DNA of 39,782 nucleotides from a virus (Duplodnaviria; Heunggongvirae; Uroviricota; Caudoviricetes): IMG/VR virus record IMGVR_UViG_2687453623_000005; one strand, 5' to 3'. Shown piece by piece: positions 38,490 to 39,782 of this stretch (position 1 is its first letter; each line of letters starts with the position of its first letter). The notes under the pieces were generated by a model. It saw only the letters and a program-made list of their open reading frames with translations, ran no database searches and was not told where the DNA came from. The position numbers and the translations under genes were made by a program.

Positions 38490-39782
<1,293 letters not shown>

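Overview
The window is almost entirely a P2-like (Peduovirus-type) temperate prophage of about 37.9 kb, abutting the E. coli-type seryl-tRNA synthetase gene serS at the right edge (38490..39782, minus). All calls come from reading the translated ORFs and the DNA by eye; no database search or computation was run. The left edge starts at the stop codon of the integrase, so attL lies outside the window and attR could not be placed. Gene order is int, C repressor, cox-like, a block of small early ORFs, replication initiator A, an accessory cargo island, a cos-like region, then Q/P, O-N-M-L, X, lysis genes, R-S, V-W-J-I-H-G, an invertase, an inverted U-T-E-FII-FI block, D and ogr. Accessory content inserted into this backbone: (1) a ParM/ParR-like actin-type partition cassette after gene A; (2) an AT-rich two-gene operon of predicted membrane proteins in the position where P2 carries tin/old, which I consider the best candidate for an undescribed phage-exclusion or defence module; (3) a DUF1737 + sialate O-acetylesterase (NanS-p-like) moron after the spanin genes; (4) a Gin/Pin/Cin-type invertase with a roughly 2.6 kb invertible tail-fibre segment whose alternative copy is decayed; (5) a hok/mok-like type I toxin locus between ogr and serS. 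Several genes (int, tfa, tfa', alternative H') carry single-base frameshifts, which is either prophage decay or sequence error. The FI-FII-E-T-U tail block is inverted relative to canonical P2 synteny.
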